Shown here piece after piece: positions 42,942 through 54,050 of a stretch of DNA of 64,000 nucleotides; the first letter of the stretch is position 1; each line of letters starts with the position of its first letter. The notes below the pieces were generated by a model, which worked only from the letters and a program-made list of their open reading frames with translations, did no database searches and had not been told where the DNA came from. The DNA is from Deinococcota bacterium (lineage in GTDB: Bacteria > Deinococcota > Deinococci > Deinococcales > Thermaceae). The position numbers were made by a program, and so were the translations under genes. The stretch spans positions 32,001 to 96,000 of the forward strand of contig JBGFRI010000014.1 of NCBI GenBank assembly GCA_041695225.1, given 5' to 3'.

Positions 42942-43823
42942 TCAAAGCAGGTTCTGTGGGGCGAAGTGTCTGGCTTCGTCCATCTGGCTGGCTTTGACCA
43001 TGGCCTGGGCCTGTAACCGATCTGCCTCGGCTGGCCCCAGCACCCGCTGACCGCAGGCATGAAGCAAACGCACAATAGCCCGCATTTGCGGTAGAGACAG
43101 GGTACCCGGCAGGGCCTGCGGGGCCAGCCCGGCTTTTGCCCACGGCTTTAGGATGGTTTCCAGCAGGCCAGTGTATCCACCTTGCCGGGCTACCGCCAGC
43201 AGGGTTTGCTCCAGACGCGGGTGGTCTTTTTGCATGGCCTCGAGTATCTCCGCCACCACCATGCGAAAGACCCTGGACTCGGGCCTGGAGCGGTATTGCA
43301 GATTGCGGGGCTGGCACCATGCGGCGAGCCAGCCCAGCAGGCTGAATAAAACCCCCGCTTTTGCACGTATGGGTGCGGGCCGAGACGAGGCTGCGTCCAG
43401 GTCAAGGATGGTGGCAAACTTGGGGGTGCGGACGACCCTGCCTGCCGCAGTTGGTTCGGAAGTGAGCGGTGCCATGCCTGCTCCGGTACCAGAGCGGAGG
43501 GCCTTTAGTATTTCTGAAGGAGCAATTCTCCCGTTCTGGGTGGGCAGAACCAGGTGATCAGGGAATTTGGGGAGTTCCTCGTAGGGCAGGCGCATGGCCC
43601 GCAGCAACGCTCGTATTAGCGAGACCTGCTCCTCGGGTTTTAGCAGCTGGGTATCTGTTACCCATTCTGCTACCCGCGAAGCCACAAAATGCTCTTCTCG
43701 AACCAGCGGGTCACAAATCTTGAAAATTGCATCTACCCGCCGGTCCTCTCCCAAAACCTGCCGCAGCGCCATATATAGAACGCGCCTGCGGTGGTTGATC
43801 TGGTCGGGTATGGGATTGGACAT
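42942..43823 (-). CDS. Hypothetical protein
   Basis: 293-aa helical ORF with GGAG upstream; C-terminus LGPAEADRL...FAPQNLL. Confidence 0.7.
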   Translation of the reverse strand: MSNPIPDQINHRRRVLYMALRQVLGEDRRVDAIFKICDPLVREEHFVASRVAEWVTDTQLLKPEEQVSLIRALLRAMRLPYEELPKFPDHLVLPTQNGRIAPSEILKALRSGTGAGMAPLTSEPTAAGRVVRTPKFATILDLDAASSRPAPIRAKAGVLFSLLGWLAAWCQPRNLQYRSRPESRVFRMVVAEILEAMQKDHPRLEQTLLAVARQGGYTGLLETILKPWAKAGLAPQALPGTLSLPQMRAIVRLLHACGQRVLGPAEADRLQAQAMVKASQMDEARHFAPQNLL

Positions 43824-43966
43824 TCAACACTCCAGGTAGTGGATATGGCCGGACAGGGGACTGGACACGCAAAACTCCAGGTGGTTGATCTGGCCGGATA
43901 TGGGGTTGTACATGCAAAACTCCAACGGTCAATCTGGTCGAATATGGGGCTGAACATGCAAAAACT
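43791..43966 (-). repeat. About 4 x 45-bp diverged tandem repeat of RBS, start codon and first ~11 codons
   Basis: Units start at 43791, 43836, 43881, 43926; minus-strand core GGAGTTTTGC-ATG-..CCCATA..CCAGATCAACC. Confidence 0.9.
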
Positions 43967-44042
43967 TCGACAAGAGCCACTTGCCTTCTATCCCAGCCTA
44001 GCACCAGTTAGGGCTGGCAGCTGTGAGCAATCACCACCTGGG

Positions 44043-44753
44043 TCAAGACCGGAGATCGTCCTTATGGTCTTTCCAGGTTTGTTTGGCCGTTGCCAGCGCT
44101 TGGGTCAGGCCAGCCTCGAGCTTTTTGCGGTAGCGGATGGGAGCTCTGCCTCCCTCGGCCTCGTAGATACTCAGGTAGTTCAAGGTGAAACTCAGATCGC
44201 CAACCTGACCAAAAATATCCTGCAGTTTCTTAACGATCTCACTATCCTGCTGAAGCCACTCCCTGGCATAGCGCAAGCGACGCAAAGCCCGGCGCAGGGC
44301 ATGCAGGCTTTCGATACTGTCTTCGGCGCGCCACTCCTCGGCCCGGCGCTCCACGCGCTGCGCCAGGCGGGCCAGACGGGCCTGGGCCGCTTTGCCATCC
44401 AGCGGGGGTAAGATCGATAGGGCTTGCAGCAGCCCAGCCAGCCGGGGAGAGTCGAGCACCGGGATAAACTCGGTGCGGGCCTGTTTTAATCGAACCCTGG
44501 CCCACTTCTGAAACGCCGGGGGCAGGTCGGGATGCAGCAACAGTACTTCCAGGTCGCGCACCTGGCCTGCCGCGCGCACCAGCCAGGCCAGATCATCCTC
44601 CAGTACCCGCATTCCGGCCAGCTGCAACCAGACCCGCAGCCGCCGCACTGCGACCCGTACCTGGTGTACACCCTCGGGGTCCTGGCCCTGACGGGCTATG
44701 GGCAGGTGCTTTCTCAGGTGCGCAAGCCAGGGGGAGAGGGCGATGTGAGACAT
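44043..44753 (-). CDS. CHAD domain protein
   Basis: VHQVRVAVRRLR, RDLEV, LHALRRALRRLRY, LQDIFG..GD. Confidence 0.88.
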   Translation of the reverse strand: MSHIALSPWLAHLRKHLPIARQGQDPEGVHQVRVAVRRLRVWLQLAGMRVLEDDLAWLVRAAGQVRDLEVLLLHPDLPPAFQKWARVRLKQARTEFIPVLDSPRLAGLLQALSILPPLDGKAAQARLARLAQRVERRAEEWRAEDSIESLHALRRALRRLRYAREWLQQDSEIVKKLQDIFGQVGDLSFTLNYLSIYEAEGGRAPIRYRKKLEAGLTQALATAKQTWKDHKDDLRS

Positions 44754-45089
44754 GAAGATAGCCTAGCATTGTGGCTGGCAGCGAACCAAGACTTTGGCCG
44801 GGCCGCAATCTGGATCGCCTGGCTGTAGCCCCAGGTTGGGCAGTACCAGCCCGCAGTAAAAGCGTGGGTGACCAGACTGGGCTCGAGGTCAGCCCGGGCC
44901 TGTCGCCACAGTTCAATGATCCCGGCATCACTGATGTACAACGCTATCTGGGCGCTCGAAGTGCTGAGTCTAGGGTCGAAGCTCGAGGTTTATGATGTGC
45001 TAAACCTAAGACTTGGGGCCAATGGGCCTGAGCAGGCTGGTCCAGGGCCCCGTCGTGGTAGTCCTGGATGTGCAGCTGCCAGGGGGCGA

Positions 45090-45160
45090 TTAGCCCATAG
45101 CAAATAGCTGATTGCCCATAGCTTTTGACCCTCGACCCTCGACCCTCGGCCCTCGACCTT
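45090..45160. repeat. Heptamer array
   Basis: tagccca tagcaaa tagctga...gaccctc x4. Confidence 0.8.
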
Positions 45161-45249
45161 CCACCTGAGGCTTGCAACACTCCACTAGCCCTCGGCAGCC
45201 GCGTAGCGCTGGTGGTGCATTTTTCCAGGTCGTTCTACAATGGCATCGA

Positions 45250-46818
45250 ATGAGACAGGAGTATGATTTCGTCATTGTAGGGGCGGGGTCGGCGGGGTGT
45301 GTGCTGGCCCACCGCCTGAGTGCTGTGCCCGGTCTCAAAGTCTTGCTCCTGGAAGCCGGCGAGCCCGAGCAGGGGTTTTATCACAAAGCCCCCGCAGCCT
45401 TCCCCAGGCTGTTTAAGGGGCCGTCCGACTGGGCTTTTTTCACCGAGCCACAGCCAGAGCTAAACGGACGTGAACTCTTCTGGCCCAGGGGCAGGGTGCT
45501 GGGTGGGAGCAGCAGCATCAACGCCATGATCGTGATCCGCGGCAACCCCCACGACTATAACCATTGGGCGGTGCCCGGCTGGTCGTTTGACCAGGTGTTG
45601 CCCTACTTCAAAAAACTAGAAACCCACCCCCTTGGCCCCTCGGAGTACCACGGCGACTGTGGCCCTCTGCGTGTAGAGGTGCGCAGGTATACCAACCCCC
45701 TCACCTATGCGTTTATCGAAGCAGCGGCGGCACAGGGCCTGGAGCGCAACCCCGATTTCAACGGGGCCAGACAAGAAGGGGTGGGCCTTTTTCATGTAAA
45801 CCAGAAAAACGGCGCACGATACAGCGCAGCCACTGCCTACTTAAAGCCAGCCCTGCCGCGCCCCAACCTTGATGTCCAGACCGGGGCAAGAGCCCATCGC
45901 ATTCTGTTTGAAAAAACCAGGGCGGTAGGGGTGGAGTACCGTCATCATGGCCAGATCTGGCGTGTGCGGGCAGGTCGGGGAGTGGTAGTCTCGAGCGGCT
46001 CGGTGCAGTCGCCCCAGCTCCTGATGCTCTCGGGTCTGGGTCCTGCCGATCAGCTACGGCAGCATCGGCTCGAGGTTCGGCAAGACCTGCCAGTAGGGCA
46101 GAACCTGTGGGATCATCTGGCCTTACCGGTTATCTGGCACTGCAAACTGCCCGTCAGCCTGGACAGGGCCGAAACCCTGGCCAATATCGCCCGGTATCTG
46201 CTAACCCAGCGCGGGCCGCTGGTAAGCAATGTGGCCGAGGCCGGCGCCTTTTTACGCATACAGCCTGGTGCACCTGCGCCCGACTTGCAGTTCCACTTTG
46301 GCCCGGCCTTCTTTAGCAACCATGGCTTCGACCGTGAGGAGGGCCACTTCTTTACCATTGGCCCCACCCTGATTGCTCCGCAGAGCCGGGGGTTTATCGG
46401 GCTTCGCAGCGCCGACCCAGAGGCCGCTCCGCTGATCCAGCCGCGCTACCTGAGCGAGCAGCAAGACTTAGAGGTGTTGCGGGTCGGAATAGAGCTAGCC
46501 CGCGAAATCGCTACACAAAAGGCCTTCGACCCCTACCGGGGCCAGCCCCATGCCAAACAGGCCAGTCTAAACAGCAAAGCCGATCTGGACGCTTACATAC
46601 GCCAGTACACCCAGACCCTCTACCACCCCGCCGGAACGTGCAGTATGGGACAGGTGGTGGACCAAGACCTGAAAGTTTACGGCTGCGAAAACCTCTGGGT
46701 GGTAGATGCCTCGGTAATGCCGAACGTAGTGCGCGGAAATATCAATATCCCCACCATAATGATTGCGGAAAAATTCGCCGAAACGCTGCTCGGAACTGAG
46801 CACACTCTCAATCGCTAG
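45250..46818 (+). CDS. GMC oxidoreductase (choline dehydrogenase-like)
   Basis: VGAGSAG, GRVLGGSSSINAM, SPQLLMLSG, YHPAGTC, DASVMP..GN. Confidence 0.92.
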   Translation: MRQEYDFVIVGAGSAGCVLAHRLSAVPGLKVLLLEAGEPEQGFYHKAPAAFPRLFKGPSDWAFFTEPQPELNGRELFWPRGRVLGGSSSINAMIVIRGNPHDYNHWAVPGWSFDQVLPYFKKLETHPLGPSEYHGDCGPLRVEVRRYTNPLTYAFIEAAAAQGLERNPDFNGARQEGVGLFHVNQKNGARYSAATAYLKPALPRPNLDVQTGARAHRILFEKTRAVGVEYRHHGQIWRVRAGRGVVVSSGSVQSPQLLMLSGLGPADQLRQHRLEVRQDLPVGQNLWDHLALPVIWHCKLPVSLDRAETLANIARYLLTQRGPLVSNVAEAGAFLRIQPGAPAPDLQFHFGPAFFSNHGFDREEGHFFTIGPTLIAPQSRGFIGLRSADPEAAPLIQPRYLSEQQDLEVLRVGIELAREIATQKAFDPYRGQPHAKQASLNSKADLDAYIRQYTQTLYHPAGTCSMGQVVDQDLKVYGCENLWVVDASVMPNVVRGNINIPTIMIAEKFAETLLGTEHTLNR

Positions 46819-46847
46819 CTCTCACCCAGGGTGTGTGGTGTCCCCCC

Positions 46848-47012
46848 GTCACTGCAAGGCCCTGAAGGAGCCTGCCCTGAGCGGAGCGAAAAGGAGCCTG
46901 CCCTGAGCGGAGCGAAGGGACCGAGGTAGTCCACTCGACAAAGACCACTCCTGGATTGCTTCGCGTCCAAAGCCTGCCTAAAGCCTGTCGAGGGGGGCGC
47001 CCGGAATGACGA
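46848..47012. repeat. Palindromic REP cluster with internal 24-bp tandem repeat
   Basis: gtcactgc...aaggagcctgccctgagcggagcgaa x2...ctggattgcttc...gaatgac. Confidence 0.75.
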
Positions 47013-47066
47013 TTTATGTGTGTAGTAGCTGGTTTTGGAACTGACAGAACACCCGCGGGCAGTGTA

Positions 47067-47651
47067 CTAGGGCGCGGTTTCGGCCGGAACCTCGGGGGTA
47101 GAAAGTCCTGCATAAATCTGGTTCAAGCTTAAGGTCTCGTCCAGGCAGGAAATCACAAACTCCCCTTCGTTCACCAGCTCGCTCCACAACAGGTTCCACT
47201 GGGTTTTCTGGTATATCTCCACCCGCCGCTCCTCCTGCGAGACCAGCGCGTAAGTTTTTAGGGTGGGAATTTTGAAGTAGGCGTCCAGCTTCTCGCGCCG
47301 GTCGCGCTCGGCGCTGCTTCTGGATAAGACCTCAACAACGAAACAGGGCTGGTGAATCTCGTGAGTATGGGGTTCTTCTGCACAGCTGACCACCACATCG
47401 GGGTAGTAGTAGCGGTTGAGCCTGGCGACCCAGGTGCGGACTGCCTGAGTTTGAAACTGGCAGTTGCGGGCTTTGGCTTTGGCGCGGATGGCATCGGCTA
47501 TGTTGAGCACAATCTCGTTGTGCACCTTACTCTCACCGGCCATGGCGTAGACCAGGCCGTCAATGTACTCGTAGCGCTGGTCGGTTTGTTTTTCTAGTTC
47601 CAGCCACTCCTCCTTGGACAGGCGGAACAGGCGGGGGGCGCGGACAGCCAT
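47067..47651 (-). CDS. Uma2 family (DUF820) endonuclease-like protein
   Basis: RYEYIDG..YAMAG.S..HN, YYPDVVV, VEVLS.S...DR.EK. Confidence 0.9.
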   Translation of the reverse strand: MAVRAPRLFRLSKEEWLELEKQTDQRYEYIDGLVYAMAGESKVHNEIVLNIADAIRAKAKARNCQFQTQAVRTWVARLNRYYYPDVVVSCAEEPHTHEIHQPCFVVEVLSRSSAERDRREKLDAYFKIPTLKTYALVSQEERRVEIYQKTQWNLLWSELVNEGEFVISCLDETLSLNQIYAGLSTPEVPAETAP

Positions 47652-47752
47652 AACGCTATTTTAGACTGATAAAGCGACCATATACAATCTCCCGTCTATC
47701 CGCTAGACTATGAGGGTTGCCTGTGTAGGGCAGCATTCCCCCAGGAGAAACA

Positions 47753-49540
47753 GTGAGCCTCAGAAATATCGCAATTATTGCGCACGTAGACCACGGCAAG
47801 ACCACCCTGGTAGATGCCATGCTCAAACAGGCCAAGGCTCTCTCACGTCAGGACGAGGGCGGTGAGCTGATTATGGACTCGGGCGACCTCGAGCGCGAAC
47901 GCGGCATCACCATCCTGGCCAAAAACACCGCCGTAGACTGGGCAGGTGTGAAGATCAACATCGTGGATACCCCTGGACACGCCGATTTTGGCGGCGAGGT
48001 GGAGCGGGCATTGAGCATGGTGGACGGGGTATTGCTGCTGGTGGATGCCGCCGAAGGCCCCATGCCCCAGACCCGTTTTGTGCTCAAAAAGGCCATTGAG
48101 GCGGGTCTTAAGCCCATCGTGGTGATTAATAAAGTAGACAGGAAAGATGCCAGGCCCGATGAAGTCCTGAACGAAACCTTCGACCTGATGGCCGAACTGG
48201 GTGCTAGTGATGACCAGCTCGATTTCCCCCATTTGTACGCCGTTGGGCGTGAGGGAACAGCCTGGCTGGGTGACAGCCCCAAACCCGATCTGACCGACCT
48301 CTTCGAGGCCATTCTGCGGCACATCCCCGAGCCCAGAATTGCCCAAGGTACCTTTCAGTTGCGGGTGGCTAACCTCGACTACTCTAACTTTTTGGGCCGG
48401 ATTGCCCTGGGTAAGGTACACCGGGGGACGGTGCGCAAGGGCCAGTTTGTGACCATTGTTGGTGAGCACGGCAACCGCGACCTCAAGGTGGCGGCGGTCT
48501 TTACCCACCAGGGTTTAAAACGCCTGGAAGTGGACGAAGCAGCCCCCGGCGATATTGTGGCGATTGCTGGTATGGAAGGGGTAGAGATTGGCGATACCAT
48601 CGCAGCTAAAGAAGCCCCCGACGCCTTGCCCCGCCTGGCGGTGGATGAGCCCACCGTGAGCATTACCGTCACGCCCAACACCTCACCCTTTGCGGGTCGG
48701 GAGGGCAGGTTTGTCACCAGCCGTCAGATTCGGGAGCGGCTGCAAAAGGAGCTAAAGACCAACGTGGCCCTGCGGGTGATCGAGGTCACACCCGACACCT
48801 TTGAGCTGCACGGGCGGGGCGAGCTGCACCTGTCGGTGCTGCTGGAGACCATGCGCCGCGAGGGGTTCGAGCTCGCGGTAGGCCAGCCCAGCGTGCTCTA
48901 CAAAGAGGTTGAAGGGCAAATTCAGGAGCCCTACGAATACCTGGTGGTAGACGTTCCCGAGGCCAAGTTTGGCCCCGTTATGGAAACCCTGGGCAGCCGC
49001 AGAGCCCAGATGGTGCATATGGAGCAGGACTCCGGGCGCATCCGGGCCGAGTTCACCGTGCCAGCCCGGGCCCTGTTCGGCTTCCGCACCATTTTTCTGA
49101 CCCTCACCGGGGGCGAGGGTGTGATCAGCCACAACTTCCACGCCTACGGGCCGCACGTGGGCAGCCTGGAGACCCGCACCACCGGATCGGCGGTGGCCAT
49201 GGAGGCAGGCCAGGCCTATGCCTATAGCCTATACCGCCTGCAAGAGCGCATCAGCTTTTTCATTGACCCCGGCACCGAGGTATACGTGGGCATGATTGTG
49301 GGCGAAAATACGCGAGACAACGATCTGAATGTGAACGTCAACATCAACAAAAAGCTCACCAACGTGCGGGCGTCGGGCTCCGACGAGAACATCCGGCTCG
49401 TTCCCCCGCGCAAGTTTAGCCTCGAGGAGGCACTGGAATTTCTTGCTCCAGACGAACTCCTGGAAGTTACCCCCCAGAGCCTGCGCTTGCGCAAGCGGGT
49501 ACTCGACCCCAGCCAGCGCAAGAGGGCAGAAGTAGTCTAA
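47753..49540 (+). CDS. typA: Translational GTPase TypA/BipA
   Basis: [35 protein letters not shown]. Confidence 0.97.
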   Translation: MSLRNIAIIAHVDHGKTTLVDAMLKQAKALSRQDEGGELIMDSGDLERERGITILAKNTAVDWAGVKINIVDTPGHADFGGEVERALSMVDGVLLLVDAAEGPMPQTRFVLKKAIEAGLKPIVVINKVDRKDARPDEVLNETFDLMAELGASDDQLDFPHLYAVGREGTAWLGDSPKPDLTDLFEAILRHIPEPRIAQGTFQLRVANLDYSNFLGRIALGKVHRGTVRKGQFVTIVGEHGNRDLKVAAVFTHQGLKRLEVDEAAPGDIVAIAGMEGVEIGDTIAAKEAPDALPRLAVDEPTVSITVTPNTSPFAGREGRFVTSRQIRERLQKELKTNVALRVIEVTPDTFELHGRGELHLSVLLETMRREGFELAVGQPSVLYKEVEGQIQEPYEYLVVDVPEAKFGPVMETLGSRRAQMVHMEQDSGRIRAEFTVPARALFGFRTIFLTLTGGEGVISHNFHAYGPHVGSLETRTTGSAVAMEAGQAYAYSLYRLQERISFFIDPGTEVYVGMIVGENTRDNDLNVNVNINKKLTNVRASGSDENIRLVPPRKFSLEEALEFLAPDELLEVTPQSLRLRKRVLDPSQRKRAEVV

Positions 49541-49636
49541 GATAATGAGAAACTATACATTTGCTAATCTCGCGTTTTTTCACGTCCCCACGAACACCCA
49601 TCTCACTTTCTGCTTCTGCCTATAACATGGTAGGCA

Positions 49637-50344
49637 GTGGAACGCTACCGGCTCAATGAAGGGCTGATAGTCGGGCGCAAGCCGCTCCCGGCAGGAGATA
49701 TAATCCTGTCGTTTGTTGGACCGCAAGGCGCTGTGCAGGCCGTTGCCCGAAAGGCCCAGAGGCCCACCGGACGCAGTGGGCGGCTCTCGCTGTTTCATCA
49801 CCTCAAATACCAGACCTACCAAAAACCAGGCAACGACCTCCCCACCCTCACTCAGGCCGAGCTAGTGGGGCGTTTAGACGGGCTGGAAGCCCCTGGGCGT
49901 TTCCCCTATGCTAGTTTTCTGGCTGAACTGGCATTTCGCATCGCTTCGCCCGAGGTTGCTGGCAAAATTTGGCCCCTGCTCACCTCGGGTCTGAAAGGGA
50001 TTGCCAAGCATCCAGACCCCCGAGTCGCCCTGATCTGGGCTGGCTGGCGCGTGCTCAAGGCCGCTGGTCTGGCGCCCAACCTGAGGGGCAAGGGTATGGG
50101 CCTGCTGGATGGTGACCGGGTGGAGCGTGCCTCGTCTGGGCCTGGGGCCGGGGTCTATCTGGGGCCGGATGGACTGGAAGCCCTGGCTGCTATCTTGCGG
50201 CTGCCTGGCACTGAGGCCATAGCAGTACTCGAGGATAAGGCGCTACTGGATCGCTTGCAGCAAGCCCTGCTGGCTCATGTGCGCTATTCGGTAGGTGAGC
50301 TTGGCTCAGCCCAGTTTCTGCTCAGTTCTCATGCAAGAGGGTAA
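49637..50344 (+). CDS. recO: DNA repair protein RecO
   Basis: OB-fold N-terminus (EGLIVGR, GD.ILS, G.VQAVARKA, LF H) and helical bundle. Confidence 0.8.
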   Translation: MERYRLNEGLIVGRKPLPAGDIILSFVGPQGAVQAVARKAQRPTGRSGRLSLFHHLKYQTYQKPGNDLPTLTQAELVGRLDGLEAPGRFPYASFLAELAFRIASPEVAGKIWPLLTSGLKGIAKHPDPRVALIWAGWRVLKAAGLAPNLRGKGMGLLDGDRVERASSGPGAGVYLGPDGLEALAAILRLPGTEAIAVLEDKALLDRLQQALLAHVRYSVGELGSAQFLLSSHARG

Positions 50345-50346
50345 GA

Positions 50347-51843
50347 ATGAGCGCGATGCAACTGGCTTTTGTACTGGCATCTACTCTGGGGGCCGCTTGG
50401 TTTTTGATTCCCCTGCTCAACCAAAGCCAACCCTCGCCATCGTCAGCCGACCAGAGCATTCGCGTTCTGCTGTCTTATCGGCTGGGTGCTGGCTCGTTTG
50501 ATGCGCAGTACATGTTTCCAAACCTGCAGTTAGTCATTCTAGGTGGTAATGTGCAGGTTTCTACTGGCCCTAACCGTCAGGTTCTCCGGCCTGTTGCCAG
50601 TGTCTCTTCCGACCAACCTGTGGGCTTCAATCTGCAAGACGGCAGTCTGGTAGCCACCATTGAAGGCATAAATCATACGCTGGAAGAGGTGGTAAACCTA
50701 AAGCCAGCCGACCCAGCCATTCCTGTACAGTTTCGCCTGCTATCTACCGCCCGACAAAATCTGGCGCCGGAGTATCCCGGTGAGCTGTGGCTCGAGGTTC
50801 GGGGTAGCGGCCTGCTGGTAGTTAACCAGGTGGATTTCCAGGACTACCTGAAGCGGGTGCTCCCCAGCGAGATGCCCCCCACCTTCCACCCCGAGGCCCT
50901 CAAGGCCCAGGCGGTTGCCGCGCGCACCTATGCCTACAGCCGGCGAGCATCCAGCAGTTTTTGGAAGCAGTTCGGAGCCGATCTAGACGACTCCACCAGC
51001 GAGCAGGTCTACAACAACAACCGCACCCATCCCGCTACTACCAGGGCTGTGGAAGCGACCTACAATCAGATTCTGCGTTTTGAGGGCCGGCCCATTCAGG
51101 CTTTCTATTTCTCTACCAGCCCTGGTGCCACTGCCAGCATAGAGGAGGTCTGGATGGACCGGCCTGCGCGACCGTATCTGGTTGGTCGGGCTCAGACCAA
51201 CCCCTTTTCTGTCTCAATAGAAAACGAGGCCCAGGCTCTGGAGTTTTTCCAGAACCACAGCCCCGAAGGCTTTCTTGATGCCAGCTCGTCTTTGTGGCGC
51301 TGGAGTGTTAGCCTGAGCCGTGAAGAGCTAGAAGCCATTCTCTCCCGCACCCTCCCCGAGCGGGCCAGGGCCTCACCCAGGTTTGTCCTGACCCCCCTGG
51401 GTCCGCTTTCACCTGACGCCCCAGGCTTTACCCTGGGCACCCTGCAAAACCTCCGGGTGCTCAGGCGAACTGCGGGGGGCTTTGTGACCGATCTGGAAAT
51501 ACAAACCTCCACCGGGCTTTTTGTGGTACGACGGGAGTCGAATATACGCAACTTGCTGCGCCCAAGCAGGGCTTTTACGGGTGGAAACGACGTTTTATTG
51601 CAGCCCTGGCGTGGCCAGCCTCGAGCCAACTTTTCGGTCATGCCTAGCTCGGCCTTTGCGATGCAAAAAGAACGCGATGCCAATGGACATTTGCTGCGGG
51701 TTACCTTTTTTGGCGGGGGTTTTGGGCACGGGGTGGGGATGAGCCAGTTTGGCGCCAACGGTCTGGGCAGGCTGGGGTATAGTTACGTGGAAATTTTGCA
51801 GCACTTTTTTCCCGGCGCCGAGATCTCCCCTATGACCGAGTGA
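50347..51843 (+). CDS. SpoIID/LytB domain protein
   Basis: YLKRVLPSEMP, EALKAQAVAARTYA, QVY, GFGHGVGMSQFGA. Confidence 0.92.
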   Translation: MSAMQLAFVLASTLGAAWFLIPLLNQSQPSPSSADQSIRVLLSYRLGAGSFDAQYMFPNLQLVILGGNVQVSTGPNRQVLRPVASVSSDQPVGFNLQDGSLVATIEGINHTLEEVVNLKPADPAIPVQFRLLSTARQNLAPEYPGELWLEVRGSGLLVVNQVDFQDYLKRVLPSEMPPTFHPEALKAQAVAARTYAYSRRASSSFWKQFGADLDDSTSEQVYNNNRTHPATTRAVEATYNQILRFEGRPIQAFYFSTSPGATASIEEVWMDRPARPYLVGRAQTNPFSVSIENEAQALEFFQNHSPEGFLDASSSLWRWSVSLSREELEAILSRTLPERARASPRFVLTPLGPLSPDAPGFTLGTLQNLRVLRRTAGGFVTDLEIQTSTGLFVVRRESNIRNLLRPSRAFTGGNDVLLQPWRGQPRANFSVMPSSAFAMQKERDANGHLLRVTFFGGGFGHGVGMSQFGANGLGRLGYSYVEILQHFFPGAEISPMTE

Positions 51844-52141
51844 CAAAAGCCCCCGATGGGGTCTCCCTGAGTGCTTCAACTCGCAACGAAACCATGGCGC
51901 CATACAGGTAGATTCAGGTGCCGGGTTGAGCACAACATAGCCCAGTGTGCCGAAGTCCTTAGGAACCGAAGGGGAAACAGCTCTAGCCAAATAATATTCA
52001 GCATATATGGTGCGGACCACTTAGCCAGGGGTCGGTCTGCGGCGGTGGGGTTGGCGACTCTTCGCTTAGAGATTTTTCGCTTTGCTTAGGGATTAGCGCT
52101 AGGCACACTCCATAGCGACAAAGGCGTTATATAATTTTGCT

Positions 52142-53797
52142 ATGTCCCAGCCCAGACCCAAGCACGCCTGGATGCGCGAAACCTATCAGAGCTCTCTGGC
52201 CAAGATGCCCGAGCGCAAGGTTGCTCACAAGACCCTGTCGAACATCGCCCCCGAGCCGGTTTACACCGCAGAAGACCTTAAGGACTTTAACCCCGAGGAA
52301 AAACTGGGCTATCCGGGAGAGTATCCTTATACCCGCGGGGTGTATGGCTCTATGTACCGCAGCCGCCTTTGGACCATGCGGATGTTTGCTGGCTTCGGTA
52401 CTGCTGAGCAGACTAACCAGCGCTTCAAAAAGCTGCTGGAAGCCGGGCAAAACGGCCTCTCCACGGCTTTCGATCTGCCCACTTTGATGGGCTACGACTC
52501 CGACCACCCGCTCTCCAGGGGCGAGGTGGGCAAGTGCGGGGTAGCGGTAAGCAGCCTGGCCGATATGGAGATACTGTTCGAGGGGATCAACCTCGAGGAC
52601 GTAACCACCTCCATGACCATAAACTCGCCCGCCAACGCCATCTGGGCCATGTACCTGGCGGCGGCCAGGAAGAAAGGCTACGACTGGAACAAGCTGGGCG
52701 GCACCATCCAGAACGATATTCTGAAGGAATTCATCGCCCAGAAAGAGTTCATCTTCCCGCCCGAGCCCTCTACCCAGCTGGTCATTGACACCTTTGAGTG
52801 GGGGCCGCGCAACGTGCCCAGGTGGAACTTCATCTCGGTCTCGGGCTATCACATCCGCGAGGCTGGCTCTACCGCCGTGCAGGAGCTGGCTTTTACCCTG
52901 GCCGATGGTTTTGAGTATGTTGAATGGGCCTTGAAGCGTGGGCTGGACATTGACGAGTTTGCCCCCCGCATCTCTTTCTTCTTCAACGCCCACAACGACT
53001 TCTTCGAAGAAATCTGCAAATTCCGCGCAGCCCGGCGCATCTGGGCCAGAGAGATGCGCCACCACTACGGGGCTAAAAAAGAACTGAGCTGGATGCTGCG
53101 CACCCATGCCCAGACCGCTGGAGTCGCGCTTACCGCACAACAGCCCCTGATCAACATTTCGCGGGTGGCAGTCCAGGCCCTGGCTGCTGTGCTGGGTGGC
53201 ACCAACAGCCTGCACACCGACGCCCACGACGAGGCCCTGGCCCTGCCCACCGAGGAGAGCGCCAAAATTGCCCTGCGCACTCAGCAGATCATCGCCTACG
53301 AGACCGGCGTAACCCACACTGCCGACCCACTGGCGGGCAGCTACTATGTGGAGTGGCTGACCGACCAGATGGAGGCCCAGGCCATGCATATTATCGCCGA
53401 GATCCGCCGGATGGGCGGGGTAGTGCGGGCGATTGACGAGGGTTACTTCTTGCGCGAGATTGCCGACGCAAGTTACCGCTTCCAACAAGAAGTAGAGCGG
53501 GGTGAGCGCATTATTGTGGGGGTGAACGCCTTCCAGGACGAGGGCTTGAGCGTGCCCATCCAGCTTATTGACCCGGCGGTGGAGCGGGTACAGAACCAGC
53601 GCCTGGCCCAGGTACGGGCAGAGCGAGACCCCATAGCAGTGCAGATGGCTCTGGAGGGCCTGCGGCAAGCTGCCAAGGAAGGTCGTAACACCATGCCTCA
53701 CTTTGTGGAGTGTGCCCTAGCCTACGCCACCCTGGGCGAGATGATGGACGAGCTCAGGGCGGTCTACGGGGTGTATGAGGAGCCGGTGCTGGTCTAG
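52142..53797 (+). CDS. B12-dependent acyl-CoA mutase large subunit (isobutyryl-CoA mutase-type residues)
   Basis: [44 protein letters not shown]; no B12-binding domain. Confidence 0.92.
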   Translation: MSQPRPKHAWMRETYQSSLAKMPERKVAHKTLSNIAPEPVYTAEDLKDFNPEEKLGYPGEYPYTRGVYGSMYRSRLWTMRMFAGFGTAEQTNQRFKKLLEAGQNGLSTAFDLPTLMGYDSDHPLSRGEVGKCGVAVSSLADMEILFEGINLEDVTTSMTINSPANAIWAMYLAAARKKGYDWNKLGGTIQNDILKEFIAQKEFIFPPEPSTQLVIDTFEWGPRNVPRWNFISVSGYHIREAGSTAVQELAFTLADGFEYVEWALKRGLDIDEFAPRISFFFNAHNDFFEEICKFRAARRIWAREMRHHYGAKKELSWMLRTHAQTAGVALTAQQPLINISRVAVQALAAVLGGTNSLHTDAHDEALALPTEESAKIALRTQQIIAYETGVTHTADPLAGSYYVEWLTDQMEAQAMHIIAEIRRMGGVVRAIDEGYFLREIADASYRFQQEVERGERIIVGVNAFQDEGLSVPIQLIDPAVERVQNQRLAQVRAERDPIAVQMALEGLRQAAKEGRNTMPHFVECALAYATLGEMMDELRAVYGVYEEPVLV

Positions 53798-54050
53798 TAC
53801 CAGCGTCAGATCGCGGTCCGATAACCGGCTAAAAAGACTCAACACCAGTCGGCCACTGCCGCTTTTCGTCGCTACACATGGGCCACGCGCCGGCGAAGAA
53901 GTCCAGCGGGATCTGCAAGCAAAACAATAGCTAAATGATCGCAAAGACGGCGACTGTGTACCGCAGAGCGCCAGTGCTGAATCTTCCTTGGTAAATTTCT
54001 CTTTGTGGTAAAAGCCGCCCACTCTAACGCTGATCAACCGGCTAGCTCTC

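Noticed and set aside
43791..44411. 206-aa plus-strand ORF with 15-aa repeats
   Set aside because: Antisense to the CHAD gene; the repeat is better explained on the minus strand as RBS plus start cassettes
44770..45090. Possible pseudogene fragment upstream of the CHAD gene
   Set aside because: No frame gives a recognisable family
47067..47651. Uma2 nuclease as part of a defence island
   Set aside because: Solitary gene among core genes with no methylase or partner; the family is commonly multicopy in this phylum
51845..52125. Cobalamin riboswitch upstream of the B12 mutase
   Set aside because: No B12-box (GCCACTG...GGAAG) is visible, and the gene looks leaderless (TATAAT at 52130)
52127..53701. 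524-aa minus-strand ORF
   Set aside because: Antisense shadow of the mutase gene, typical of GC-rich codon usage
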